Shown here: positions 51,557 through 62,623 of the stretch, in pieces
Layout of the letters: each line of letters begins with the position of its first letter
Numbering within the stretch: position 1 is the first letter of the stretch
Assembly: GCF_006345805.1 (NCBI RefSeq)
Contig: NC_043004.1
Span: 48,298,001-48,362,000, forward strand
Length of the DNA: 64,000 bases
Origin: Octopus sinensis
Lineage: Eukaryota
Direction: 5' to 3'
The notes under the pieces: model-generated
Seen by the model: the letters and a program-made list of their open reading frames with translations, nothing else
Told to the model about the DNA's origin: nothing
Database searches by the model: none
Position numbers and translations under genes: made by a program

Positions 51557-51931
51557 CTAAAGGTAGAAAAAGGAGGGTCAAAAATGTAGCATACAACCTG
51601 GTGAGGTGTACAAAATCATTTTGAGGAGGTCGGCTGTTAGTCGTTTCTGCAGTGTCAACTACCAGTCTTCTTGAACACCTTTTCCGCTGTAGCTGCTTTT
51701 CCAATATCTAGAAAGTTCCGTGATAGGGCCTGTTAAATCAGTCCTTGTCAAATAAACTATGATCCAACCAGAAATTCTTTAAACTTTAAATAAGAAAAGT
51801 AGAGCATATACCTCCACTCTTCATATCATTGCTATGATACACTCCATTCAATTCACAAGGCTGACTATACCCAAAGTTTATAAAAGAAGCCCCAATATGT
51901 CCAAATAAAATTTATGGCTTCAGAGACAAAA

Positions 51932-52118
51932 CCTTTAGCATTTAAGCCAGTAATATCTTGCCTAAATATTCTACCTGCTTTATGTTTTAACCAATTAAAT
52001 TCAACTTCTAATGCCTACCTTATAATGTCATTCTAAAAATAAACATCACATCACTGAAATCTCAAAGCTACAAGATAATGTACAGTTAATTTGACAGAAT
52101 AATCTGAATGTTAAAGGG
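51932..52118. mobile_element. piggyBac-type MITE, degenerate
   Basis: CCTTTAGCATTT...AATGTTAAAGGG; homologous to the 55240 copy; TTAA sites eroded. Confidence 0.7.
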
Positions 52119-52451
52119 TTTTATTGTAGAACATTTTCCAGAATTTTTTTCTATCTATTTCTCTGCTACCAAATTCCATTTTTTACAATACACACACAGA
52201 CAGACACACAAAAATGTAAATTGCCTTAACATCAACTTCAGCCACAGACATTCAATGAGCCTAGAGGGTGTGCGAAAGCTGTAAGCACAGACTATCTGTT
52301 AGATGAACCATTATAAAACTATCAAGAGCTTAAAATACTAGCAAATTTTAAGCCCACACACTAATTGCTATGACCTGAGCTAAACCAGGACTACCTGATC
52401 TCAGCATCCTATTTAGGTTTGTTTCTCTCTTTCGGTGAGGTGTTATATTAC

Positions 52452-52485
52452 TTGAAATTCGCATGATTAAAAACAGCAAGAAGCC
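52452..52485 (-). CDS. Candidate 34-nt exon
   Basis: Acceptor TTTTTAATAG, donor CAA|GTAATA; phase-1 frame (G)LLAVFNHANF; selected partly because the phase fits. Confidence 0.2.
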
Positions 52486-52604
52486 CTATTAAAAACTGCA
52501 ACGTACACTACTTTTATTTTATCTATTTATCTATTTGTAAGTATTGAAGGTAAACTGATGGAAGTCATTTTAAACATTATGAAACAATACTATTATTGGT
52601 GCTA

Positions 52605-52888
52605 TGTTGGTTATGACGAGGGCTCCAGTTGATCTGATCAACAGAACAGCCTGCTCGTGAAATTGACATGCATGTGGCTGAGCACTCCACAGACACGTGT
52701 ACCCATAATGTAGTTCTCAGGGAGATCCAACATGACACAGAGTGTGTCAAGGCTGGCCCTTTGGAATACAGGTACTATTCATTTTTGCCAGCTGAGTAAC
52801 GTGAAATAAAGTATCTTGCTCAAGGACACAACATATCACAGGGAATTGAATTCGCAACCTCAGAATTGTGAGCCGAATACCCTAACCA
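52605..52888 (-). mobile_element. SINE family C with an alternative 3' tail
   Basis: CCCTAACCACTAAGCCA head (reverse) and CTTGCTCAAGGACACAAC core; tail differs from the 16793 copy. Confidence 0.8.
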
Positions 52889-54639
52889 CTAAGCCATGCA
52901 CCTTCACAAAACAAATATTATTAACCAATCATGATCTCAAGAGACAAAATACTTCACTCTTTTGATATCAACCTGCTGGGGACTCTACCTATTTTTAGGA
53001 TTTAAACTAACTGTTTCAAAGTAATCTAAATTAAAATCCTCCAATGAAGTTTTATGTTAAATTGCACTCCAAACACCTGCATAAAGTTATTTTAATAAAT
53101 TCTTTGTTATTTACTAAATTAATCAAAAGAAAGACAGTGTGTCCCAAAAGAAATATGGAAACAAGAGCGTTACCATATTTACCAGAGAAACAAAATGCAC
53201 AAAAATGGTATTTCTTCCTACTCACAACATCATAGGATCTAACAGTCTTTTGTGTGCATACACACACACACACAATATCACGGAACCTAATATTCCTTCC
53301 TATTCTACACCATAGAACTTAGCAAACTTCCCCACATCACACCACACAGCCTAACATAAAGCACTGTAAACAGTGTAACGACATGTGTAGGTGCTACAGT
53401 TGTTAGACATCAATAAATATGATACAGACAGATCATGCACCAGAAACCAGACAAAGTAATATATCCGACCCCCACCCCTTCCTGATTAACCTAAAATGTT
53501 CTGATAATATAATACACAAACACAGACACACACACACACACATCATACAACAAATATGGCTCCAAACAACGACTATACTAACCAATAATACAATCAACTA
53601 TATAAATATATATATATATACATATACCAACATTGTGAACATCAACAAGTCTGGTACAGTTCTAGATAAGATCATATCAATATTGAAAGGAAACAAAAGT
53701 ATCACTAAAAGAAGAATTTGTCTTTGTGACAAAACACTCAACAAAACATTTATTTAACAAACTCGGCTTCCATCGCAGAACTCTTTCAACTATAAGGCTA
53801 TATTCAATTAGCAGATTCTTTCAACATGGAAAATTGCTTTGATATGCAAACTTAGAGACTATTACAGAATAAATTTCATCTCTCTCCCAACTACACTTGT
53901 GAAATTATCCCGATTCCACTCTTATCATAACACAAGGGGGTCCCCGCTCTCTCTCGCTTTATAAACATAACGTGTGTGTGAGAGAGGTCAGATCACTGCT
54001 GACCAGGGACCTACTGCTAGTAATAAGCTAGTACAGGCCACGCTGTATCTGAAGCCACGCTGGCAACCTCAAAAGGTGAATGTACTCAAGAAAGTCAGTG
54101 GCCATCCAATACTGGATGCAAAGCTATCTTTGTGTGCATGTACATTTACATGTACAAGTAAATCCACCTAGGAGAACAGGCTCACTTGAAAACTACTGTT
54201 TATGGCTGTTCATTATGCTTTTTATAACCTGTTGCTAGTTGCAATTACTGAGAGAGTGGCACCCATGTTGCACAAGTATTTGTCACTATAAAATCCTGTG
54301 TACAAGCACATCTTGTCTTATCGTTTTCTGCTCTGCAAATGAATGGCAAGACAAGGGTTCTTCAAAGCAAAACATGACAAAAGATCGTTTTGGTTGCAGT
54401 GCTTGGGGGTGTCACATGCATCAGTGGCAATGAAATACTATAATTTCTTCCCTTGTATGGAGACGGAAGGGCTTAGATAAGCAGCAGAAGTTGCAATTTG
54501 TGATTCACCAGTCACTCATTGTGGTTGTATTCTTCATTGAAGAGATGTTGAAACCTAGAAGTTTTATTCTTTTGAGTCTTCCTCATCGTGGAGACCCATA
54601 AGCGGAAGGTAATTTTAGTGCAAAAGCTAGTCACTCAAT

Positions 54640-54960
54640 AACAAGTCAGCAACCACTTTCCGGATAGCAAGCCTTTTGAGTCGATATGGTAGATGGAAAC
54701 TGCAAGAAGCCTATCGCATATGTGTTTGTGTGTGTCTGTCCCTTACCTACATCTGAAAACCAGTGCTGATGTGTTTACATCCCTGTTATCTAGCGGTTAG
54801 GCAAAAAGAGACCTATAGAATAAGTACTAGGCTTAAAAAAGAAATAAATACTGGGGTTGATTTGTTTCACAAAAATTCTTTAAGGTGTTGCCCCAGCATG
54901 GCTGTTACCCCAGCATGGCTGCAGTCTAATGACTGAAACAAATAGAGGGCAAAAGATAAA
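54640..54960 (+). mobile_element. SINE family A (head eroded), with a short tandem duplication CCCCAGCATGGCTG
   Basis: GGTAGATGGAAACTGCAAGAAGCC...GACTGAAAC. Confidence 0.75.
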
Positions 54961-54979
54961 GTCATTACTGCGTGTCTCC

Positions 54980-55125
54980 ATCATCATTGAACACTCACTT
55001 TCCATACGGGGATGGGTTGGACAGTTTGACATGGAGCTGTTCAGACTCCAATTGTATGTTGTGGAATGTTTTCTATGGCTGCATGCCCTTCCTAATGCCA
55101 ATCACTTCAGTGTGCTGCTACCAAG
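54980..55125 (-). mobile_element. RTE 3'-end remnant
   Basis: (CAT)n then TTTCCATAC..GGGTTGGAC..ATGCCCTTCCTAATGCCAATCAC. Confidence 0.65.
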
Positions 55126-55239
55126 AGGGCATCTAGTTATAAAACACTGCCTTAAAAAGTCCCAACCAACTTATGTTAACAAGGAAAGACATGTAAAAAT
55201 GAAAATGATGTATGTCTATATATCAAGATCATTGTTTAA

Positions 55240-55456
55240 CCCTTTAGTATTTAAACCGGCCATATCTGGCCAAAATAGTTAATCTGTTTTATCCAAACTG
55301 ACCAGATCCAGGCCCTCACACCTACCCTACAATGTTATTCTACATTAAGTAATTACACCATCAACATCTTGAAGATATGAGATAAGGCATGATTAATTCA
55401 AATCAATGTGAATCAATAAGCATTATGTTTGATAGAATAATCTGAACACTAAAGGG
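55240..55456. mobile_element. piggyBac-type MITE
   Basis: TIRs CCCTTTAGT / ACTAAAGGG with TTAA on both sides (55236-55239 and 55457-55460). Confidence 0.85.
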
Positions 55457-55883
55457 TTAATATCCACTTAAGATGGGATTTGTTGAGAAGATTTTCTACA
55501 TCCAGACATATTTTCTACAGAAGATTGGAAACGAAGAATCTAACCTGTATGACTTTCTTTGGCTAAAATGGTGGTTTCATGTTTACTTCCCTTACAAACT
55601 ACATGTCTTGTGATAACTAGTTGGGGAGGGGACTGCTTTACTTGAATGACAGGCAAGTGTTGGTGACAGAAAGAGCATTAGCTCATAAAACACTGCCTCA
55701 AAATTCTTTTGAACAACCCCAGATAAGAATGGAAAAGTAAACATAAAATGTGTGTGTGTGCACATATATAATACTCATTTTTTTCCTATGGTTCAATGGC
55801 CAAGTAAATATTAGCACTGAGCAGTTTCCATTTATACTCACAAGGCTCAATCTCAATCAAATTAAGGCTGTGGAAGAAGATAT

Positions 55884-56290
55884 ACTCTTTACTCTTTTAC
55901 TTTTTCCGGTCATTTGACTGCGGCCATGCTGGAGCACCGCCTTTAGTCGAGCAAATTGACCCCAGAACTTATTCTTTGGAAGCCTAGTACTTATTCTATC
56001 AGTCTATTTGACAAACCGCTAAGTTACGGGGACGTAAACACACCAGCATCGGTTGTCAAGTGATGTTGGGGGGAGGGGGCAAACACAGACACACACACAT
56101 ACATATTTACATATATATATATATATACATATATACGACGGGCTTCTTTCAGTTTCTGTCTACCAAATCCACTCACAAGGCTTTGGTCGCCCCAAGGCTA
56201 TAGTAGAAGACACTTGCCATGCAGTGGGATTGAACCCCAAACCATGTGGGTGGTAAGCAAGCTACTTACCACACAGCCACTCCTGCACCT
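55884..56290 (-). mobile_element. Full-length SINE family A
   Basis: Reverse complement of the 17364 copy. Confidence 0.9.
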
Positions 56291-56605
56291 AACAAACAGA
56301 AACAATTTCCTACATCAACAGTATCATTTTTTTTCTTTGTTTTCTATTTTTAATGTTTTGCATAGACTAGATGATTTCCTCCAGCACAGCATCTCAACAG
56401 GTCTACACGTGTGTGTATGTGTGCAAGAACACACACACACACACACACTTGTGTGTAAAGTAGAACTCCTCTTTATAAAAAGTATGTTGCAACTCTCAGT
56501 TTCATGCCAAATAGAAATAAATAATTAAGCACTATTATTTGACTGACAACTTGCGATATTCAAAATTCTAAATTGTCAGTATCAGCTTGCTTATTCATCA
56601 TCATC

Positions 56606-56653
56606 ATCATCATCATTTAGCGTCCGTTTTCCATGCTAGCATGGGTTGGACGG
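56606..56653 (-). mobile_element. Extremely 5'-truncated RTE tip
   Basis: (CAT)n + TTTAGCGTCCGTTTTCCATGCTAGCATGGGTTGGACGG, the reverse complement of the 58212-58842 terminus. Confidence 0.75.
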
Positions 56654-58088
56654 TAAAATATGGAACTTAGAAGAGTGAGAATATATGTTTTGTAACAGAC
56701 TGATTTATATTTTTCTGTAATATATGCATTGAATACAATTTTTTTTTGCTTATGTAATTAAACACATTATGCAGAATAAAAGTTCCCCAAACAGTAACAT
56801 AACCCAGCTAACAAATGAGATCAGATGAGTTTCTTGAAGAACCTCTTGTGCATCCCTCTCTCTGTCTCTCCCTCTTCTTAATCGTAACCTTCCTTCGTCA
56901 TTAATTAAACTGCCTTAATTCTATTCTCACTCCCTCTAACTGCCATGGCTCAGAAATTCCAGGATAGCTATCAACCACCCAAGCAACCCATAGGCAGCTA
57001 AACTGGATATGCCCCAAACAACTGAACAGAAGTACCGTTATACTATACCATTTTTAGGCAATGCAGAACGGTTATCTTTCCATACTGACATTTTCTAAAC
57101 AATATATAACAATATAAAGATAATATTAAAAATTAAAAAGCAAAATATTAAATAAAAGTTTTCTTTATCATTTAAATGCTGAAGAGACATCTGACCCACC
57201 TCGTAAATGTATGTGTGTAATGTGCCTGTGTGCGCATCTTGTTTCGCAAATAACCTAATTTATGGCATTTTGAATCTTGTCCTACAAGGTTTCCTCCTAT
57301 TGATCCAAAAGATACTTCTGAATTGCTTTATATGATATCCGTATGGCTCTCCATGTTGAAACCACTGCACTCACACTTTGTTCATTATCAAACAGCGCAT
57401 ACACTCAATTCGGTAGTTACACTAACTACAGCTAGACAACATGTAATCCCACCCCTGCACTGCAGCCACTTCATACCCCTACACATCATTAATGTCACTA
57501 TGAGACATACATGAAAACTTTCATGTCATTTACACACCTTGTATAGAGTGTTGGCTATATACAAGATAGCAGAGACAATTAAATACCCTAACACTGAAAT
57601 GATATAATGAAAGAGAAGCCTAATGAAGTGAACAACAGCAGGGCACAAGTTAATAAACAAGAACACTGACCTATCTTTATATGTGGTCATCCACAGACTC
57701 ATAATAGTTCAGGTTTAGCCAGATGTAGAGAAGGAGTGTTAAAATGACCAAGTGTCTATAAACCAGCTGCATGGAATGTTGTGTATATCAAGTAAAGACA
57801 GACACAAAGATGAGAGATGAGTGAAGCTGTAATACTGCCTGGCTGTCAGCATCAAGACACCCCACATACTGACAGTTTTGAAGAGAATTGTCTGTTAGAA
57901 TTGAAATAAATCTACTAGAAATTTCTGTAAAGCCGTTTTCATGTATGGAATAAATGTAACACTTTTGACAGTGATAATGGTAGGGTACTAACTCAGGGTT
58001 TGTTATTTAATAAAGAATAGCATTTCATTAATAGTCAACTAAAGTGAAGTGTAGAAACAGCAAGTAGTAATTTAACCAATACCTTTAA

Positions 58089-58881
58089 CATTTTAGCATT
58101 TAAACCAGCCATATCCCAACCTAAATATTCTACTTGTTTCATGATAATAACATTATCAAAATCTCAAAGCTATGAGGACATACTTGACTAATTCAAAATA
58201 ATACGAAGATAGTTGTGTGAAAAAGTGTCACACCCTAGCGGTTGAGGGAACCTGTGGAAGAGGTAGACCCAGGAAAACCTGGGACAAGGTGGTGCAGCAC
58301 GACCTTCGAACATTAGGTCTCACCGAGGTAATGACTAGTGACTGAGACCTTTGGAAGTATGCTGTGAGTGAGGAGACCCAGCTGGACAAGTGAGACCATA
58401 ACCCATGGCCTCTACCTGGGATGTAGCCAGTCCACTTATGCATACCTTTCCTTCTTGGGACATAAAACTCTACTTGTGAAGACCTGTTGCGGCAAGAGAA
58501 AATCGAAATCGATCAACATCAATGGAAATTATTGATGTGATACCAGTGCCAGCGGCACATAAGAGAACCATCTGATCGTGGCCGTTGCCAGCCTCGTCTG
58601 GCACCTGTGCCGGTGGCACGTAAAAAGCACCATCCGATCATGGCCGTTGCCAGCCTCGTCTGGCATGTAAAAAGCACCCACTACACTCTCATGGAGTGGT
58701 TGGCGTTAGGAAGGGCATCCAGCTGTAGAAACATTGCCAGATCAGACTGGGCCTGGCGCAGCCTTCTGGCTTCCCAGACCCCAGTTGAACCGCCCAACCC
58801 ATGCTAGCATGGAAAAATGGACGTTAAACGATGCTGATGATGAAGCATTACATTTGACAGAGCCATCTGAATGCTAAAGAG
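58089..58881. mobile_element. piggyBac-type MITE interrupted by an RTE insertion
   Basis: TTAA-bounded ends; left part (58089-58210) and right part (58843-58881) match consecutive parts of the 55240 copy. Confidence 0.75.
58212..58842 (+). mobile_element. 5'-truncated RTE LINE (ORF end plus long 3' UTR)
   Basis: VEGTCGRGRPRKTWDKVVQHDL..LWKYAV; GTTGGCGTTAGGAAGGGCATCC; (GAT)n tail. Confidence 0.85.
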
Positions 58882-59172
58882 TTAAATACATCTGGTTCAG
58901 TACATATAACATTAAACCTAGCTAGGTGAACATGTGACCTGACACAGCAGTAATATATAAGAAGATTCTGTGTCTGGGGCAACATCACAGCAAAGAGGCA
59001 AGGATATGACAGAAAAAGTCAGGTGATGAGAAATACTAAGATACACCAAAACAGTGAGTTTAATGGCTCATCAAATAGGAAATTGCTAGGATTGTCAGAG
59101 AGTCTTGATGAAATGTAAAAAAAATCCACCTATTATTTGACTTGAACCAACATGATAAATATATCCTTTCTG

Positions 59173-59250
59173 CTATAGGCACAAAGTCTGAAAATGGGTG
59201 AGAGGGCACTAGTTGATTACATCGACTCTAGTGCTTAATCGGTGCATTTT
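59173..59250 (-). mobile_element. SINE family B 3' remnant
   Basis: GGCACAA...GATTACATCGAC..AGTGCT in reverse orientation. Confidence 0.5.
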
Positions 59251-59386
59251 TGGATGAGAAGCAACGTTATCTCTGGTGGTATTTGAACTTAGAACCTAAA
59301 ACCAGAAGAAATGCCACTGAACATTTTGTCTGGTGTGCTAATAATTCCGCCAGCTTGCTGCTTAATAAATATATTAAAGGAATATA

Positions 59387-59716
59387 TAGTGTTGCAAGTA
59401 GCCATTTTAGCCATTTTGAAATAAGGAGCCAATTGGTGGTAGCTGGCAATATGACGTAATGGCGTATTGCTGAAGAATTATTATTGTCATTTTTTCCATT
59501 GGCTAATATAAGTGCTCACATAAGGATTCTAAAAAGTTACTTAAAGAATATTTGTAATGGATTTCGATTCTTTTTAAGTCAAGTTGATCAGTTATATTAA
59601 CCGAAGGAAAAAATGACAATAATAATTCTTCGGCAATACGACATTACGTCATATTGCCAGCTACCACAAATTGGCGCCTTATTTCAAAATGGCTAAAATG
59701 GCTACTTGCAACAATA
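59387..59716. mobile_element. Fold-back MITE with 108-bp inverted arms (hAT-like TAGTGTTGC ends)
   Basis: 59390-59497 versus the reverse complement of 59606-59713: 4 mismatches; flanks GGAATATA / GCTATATA are a possible eroded 8-bp TSD. Confidence 0.85.
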
Positions 59717-60304
59717 GCTATATAGTGTCTTTTAAATGTGGTGTGAAGTTACCTGAGCAGTTTGTTGGGAGAGCTGGCTATTCGATCTTCACACAGGTTG
59801 TAAACATCATGACATTTCCTATCTCTTAGTTTTAACACCTTGCTTTCAAATTACAATAACTTAACAAGAAAAATATATAAGTCTAAATAATCAAACCCAT
59901 GTGATACATATACATATAAACAGAAAACTATTTATTGTTAAATTTACATTAAATAAGTTTCGTATATAGACAGGATTCAATACAAAACCATAGTACTATG
60001 AAGAGTGGGAGATGGACAGCCTTTGAACAATATAACTCCACCTCTATAATAAAGAAATGGAATTGAGAAAGTAAAAAAATACAACTAATGACCAACCCAC
60101 AGGCAGATTATTACTAAACTAATGAGAATTAGCGAAAATCTGGAAGAGAATGCTTAAGGAGATGAAAAAAAAAAATTCTTATGACAAAAGAAATTTTGCA
60201 AAAAATGAAATCATATTCATAATATAAATGTAAAATTTCTTTTAAAATGTTCAATAATTATTGGCACTGATCAAACTGTTATTCTAGGAAAATATAACAA
60301 ATTT

Positions 60305-60369
<65 letters not shown>

Positions 60370-60533
60370 CATATGTTCAAATTGGCTAACAAACTGGAAG
60401 AAATTCGCCAATATTAACACTGGCATATTTATTCACTGAATTGAAGATAGATTTTGTAACAATGAGGAAAAACTTTTCAAAAGGTTGTGAGTGTGATCAA
60501 ATTTTTGAGGGGAGAGTAAAAAAAAGTACTTAC

Positions 60534-60557
60534 CTGAATATTGCATGACTATATTAG
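60534..60557 (-). CDS. Candidate 24-nt frame-preserving microexon
   Basis: About 35-nt polypyrimidine tract ending TTCAAG, consensus donor CAG|GTAAGTA; single open frame xNIVMQYSx. Confidence 0.45.
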
Positions 60558-60673
60558 CTTGAAATAGAAGAGTCAGGTAAAAAAAATGAAAAAAGGCAAG
60601 ATAGAAAAATAAAAAGTCTTTCATAGGATTAGTGAAAGATTCAATGCTGATTCAATTGTAACATAATTTGGAA

Positions 60674-60704
<31 letters not shown>

Positions 60705-62601
60705 CACTTAAATTATCTAAATGTAAGGGTTAATAACTATTTTAACTGACTTAATGATAAAGATAAGAAATAAGTTAACAGGAAGACTGTGATGATGATT
60801 ATAATAATAATAGAAAAGGAGGAGAGACATAATTTACACAAAGTTTTAAACACTGTGATATAGATAATCTAACTGGTTCACTGAGCTTTGATTGACAATA
60901 CCTTAAGTTAGGTTTCCAATTTTTTTTTTTTAAGGGGATGTTTTCCTAAGAAATGTAAAAAACATTATAAAAGCAAAGAATACAAAATGAAGTTTAAGAA
61001 TTTGGCAAAAGTAAAATATTTGGGATGCTTTGTCTGTGAAAATGTGTTAGCTGCTTTTGCAAAAATTGAACTTTTATGAGTCAATATATATATATGTGTG
61101 TTAGCTAAACTGTTTTCTGTAAAATAGATTTTTAGAAATATAAATAATAACACAGGAAGAAATAGTTTCCAATTCATAGGCATGACACTTTATTTGCTTT
61201 AAATTAATAATTTTTAATTAAACTTTGAAGCCCTAAGTGCCTTTCGTTTGTAAAGCAAAAAGTATCGTCTAGTAATGTGTTTGATCAACAGCATTGGCTT
61301 GGATGAATTCATAAACTTTTTTCATCAATTTCATTAATGCGTCACTATCAGCAATAAGCAGTGTAGCATTCAAGACAAATTATTTATTATTACTGTTGTT
61401 ATTGTTGATGTCAAGAATTATTCAATAGATCATAACAGACATAAAAATATTCTATCTCCTAACAACTGCAATCAAAAGCTAGCAATTGGACTTGTTTCTC
61501 TTGTTCATAAAGCCATGCCTGACATCTAATGCTATTGTTCTATTAAGTGGACATCAGTCTACTTTAGCAACTAACAGATTTACTAACCATAACAACCAAC
61601 TTGATTTATTCCCCTTTGTTTTTAAAATTACAATTCAATCACATGGATGATAGGTGTATGTGTGTAGAAGAGAAACTGGAGGCAAATACGAAATCCAAAA
61701 TAGAAACGAGAGTATTTTGCTGCTGCTCAAATTTTAGAAAGAAATGACTAAAAAAAAAAATAATTTTAATAATTTTTTTTTATTTCAATTTCTGTCTAAA
61801 TTACGAAAATAATTATTTTTTGTTTTTAAATTTTTTTAAATTGGTAGAAATTTGTACAGTGTAAATTCACAAGATATTAACTGTACCTATCCCAGTGTAG
61901 AAAACTTAGTATACTCACCTGGTTGGCTCTTTTAAATAGTGAAAGGTTTAAAATCTATATTAACTTAATAAACTCCTGAAAATTGTACCCTGCCAACAAT
62001 GGGCCTCTTCAATATTATATATTGCTAATAGAAATGGATCTACAAAATCTAGTCCTTTCAATATGCACGGAACAACCTTGATGTCAATTTCCTTTATAGA
62101 ACACATGTTTTATGATCTAAATTCAATCATTTAATCTACATACAAATGATGCAAAATTCTATACTACTGCTGTTATTATTATGTAATTAAAAATCATTAT
62201 TATTATTATTATTATCATTATTAATGTAATTAACTCATATAGGAAATGAACTGTCTTCCATATCATGGCATCATGTACACCAATTGTGAAAAGTGTTTAA
62301 TCTGATGAAGATAGATGGCCAAATAAAAGCAATATAGTGGTGTAGTAGTGTACAGCATATCAAGTTATTGTTATGTTCAGGATTGAAGTTTACCAAAGTA
62401 TCCTACTAACCTAAGTAATAGGAAGATGGTTGTAGTGATTAAGTAGCTTGTAGCAAAAGTTGTGTGCTATACACTCACATTGAGACATTTACCATGAGTA
62501 CAAGTCCAGTTGCTGTCCAAACATGCTACCTGTTTGAAAAGTGTCACCTTTGAAGAATTCATGAAAACGGAAGTAAAATATATTAAACTTTTTTCACTTA
62601 C

Positions 62602-62623
62602 AATGTATGTGGAATAACGCAGC
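62602..62623 (-). CDS. Candidate 22-nt microexon
   Basis: Acceptor TTTGCTGTTTAAG, donor ATT|GTAAGTG; phase-0 reading AALFHIH joins the 60557 exon in frame. Confidence 0.25.

Noticed and set aside
51517-51600. Plus-strand exon-like reading [28 protein letters not shown] with a GTGAGG donor
   Set aside because: Overlaps the better-supported minus-strand acceptor, has a poor polypyrimidine tract, and conflicts with the regional strand bias
61919-61976. Minus-strand segment with a perfect AG|GTGAGT donor
   Set aside because: Stops in all three frames; at most a non-coding or poison exon, with no further evidence
62480-62548. Minus-frame CLDSNWTCTHGKCLN, resembling an LDLa/EGF half-repeat
   Set aside because: Only about 53 nt from the 62602 candidate donor, incomplete motif, and several competing donors; cannot be supported
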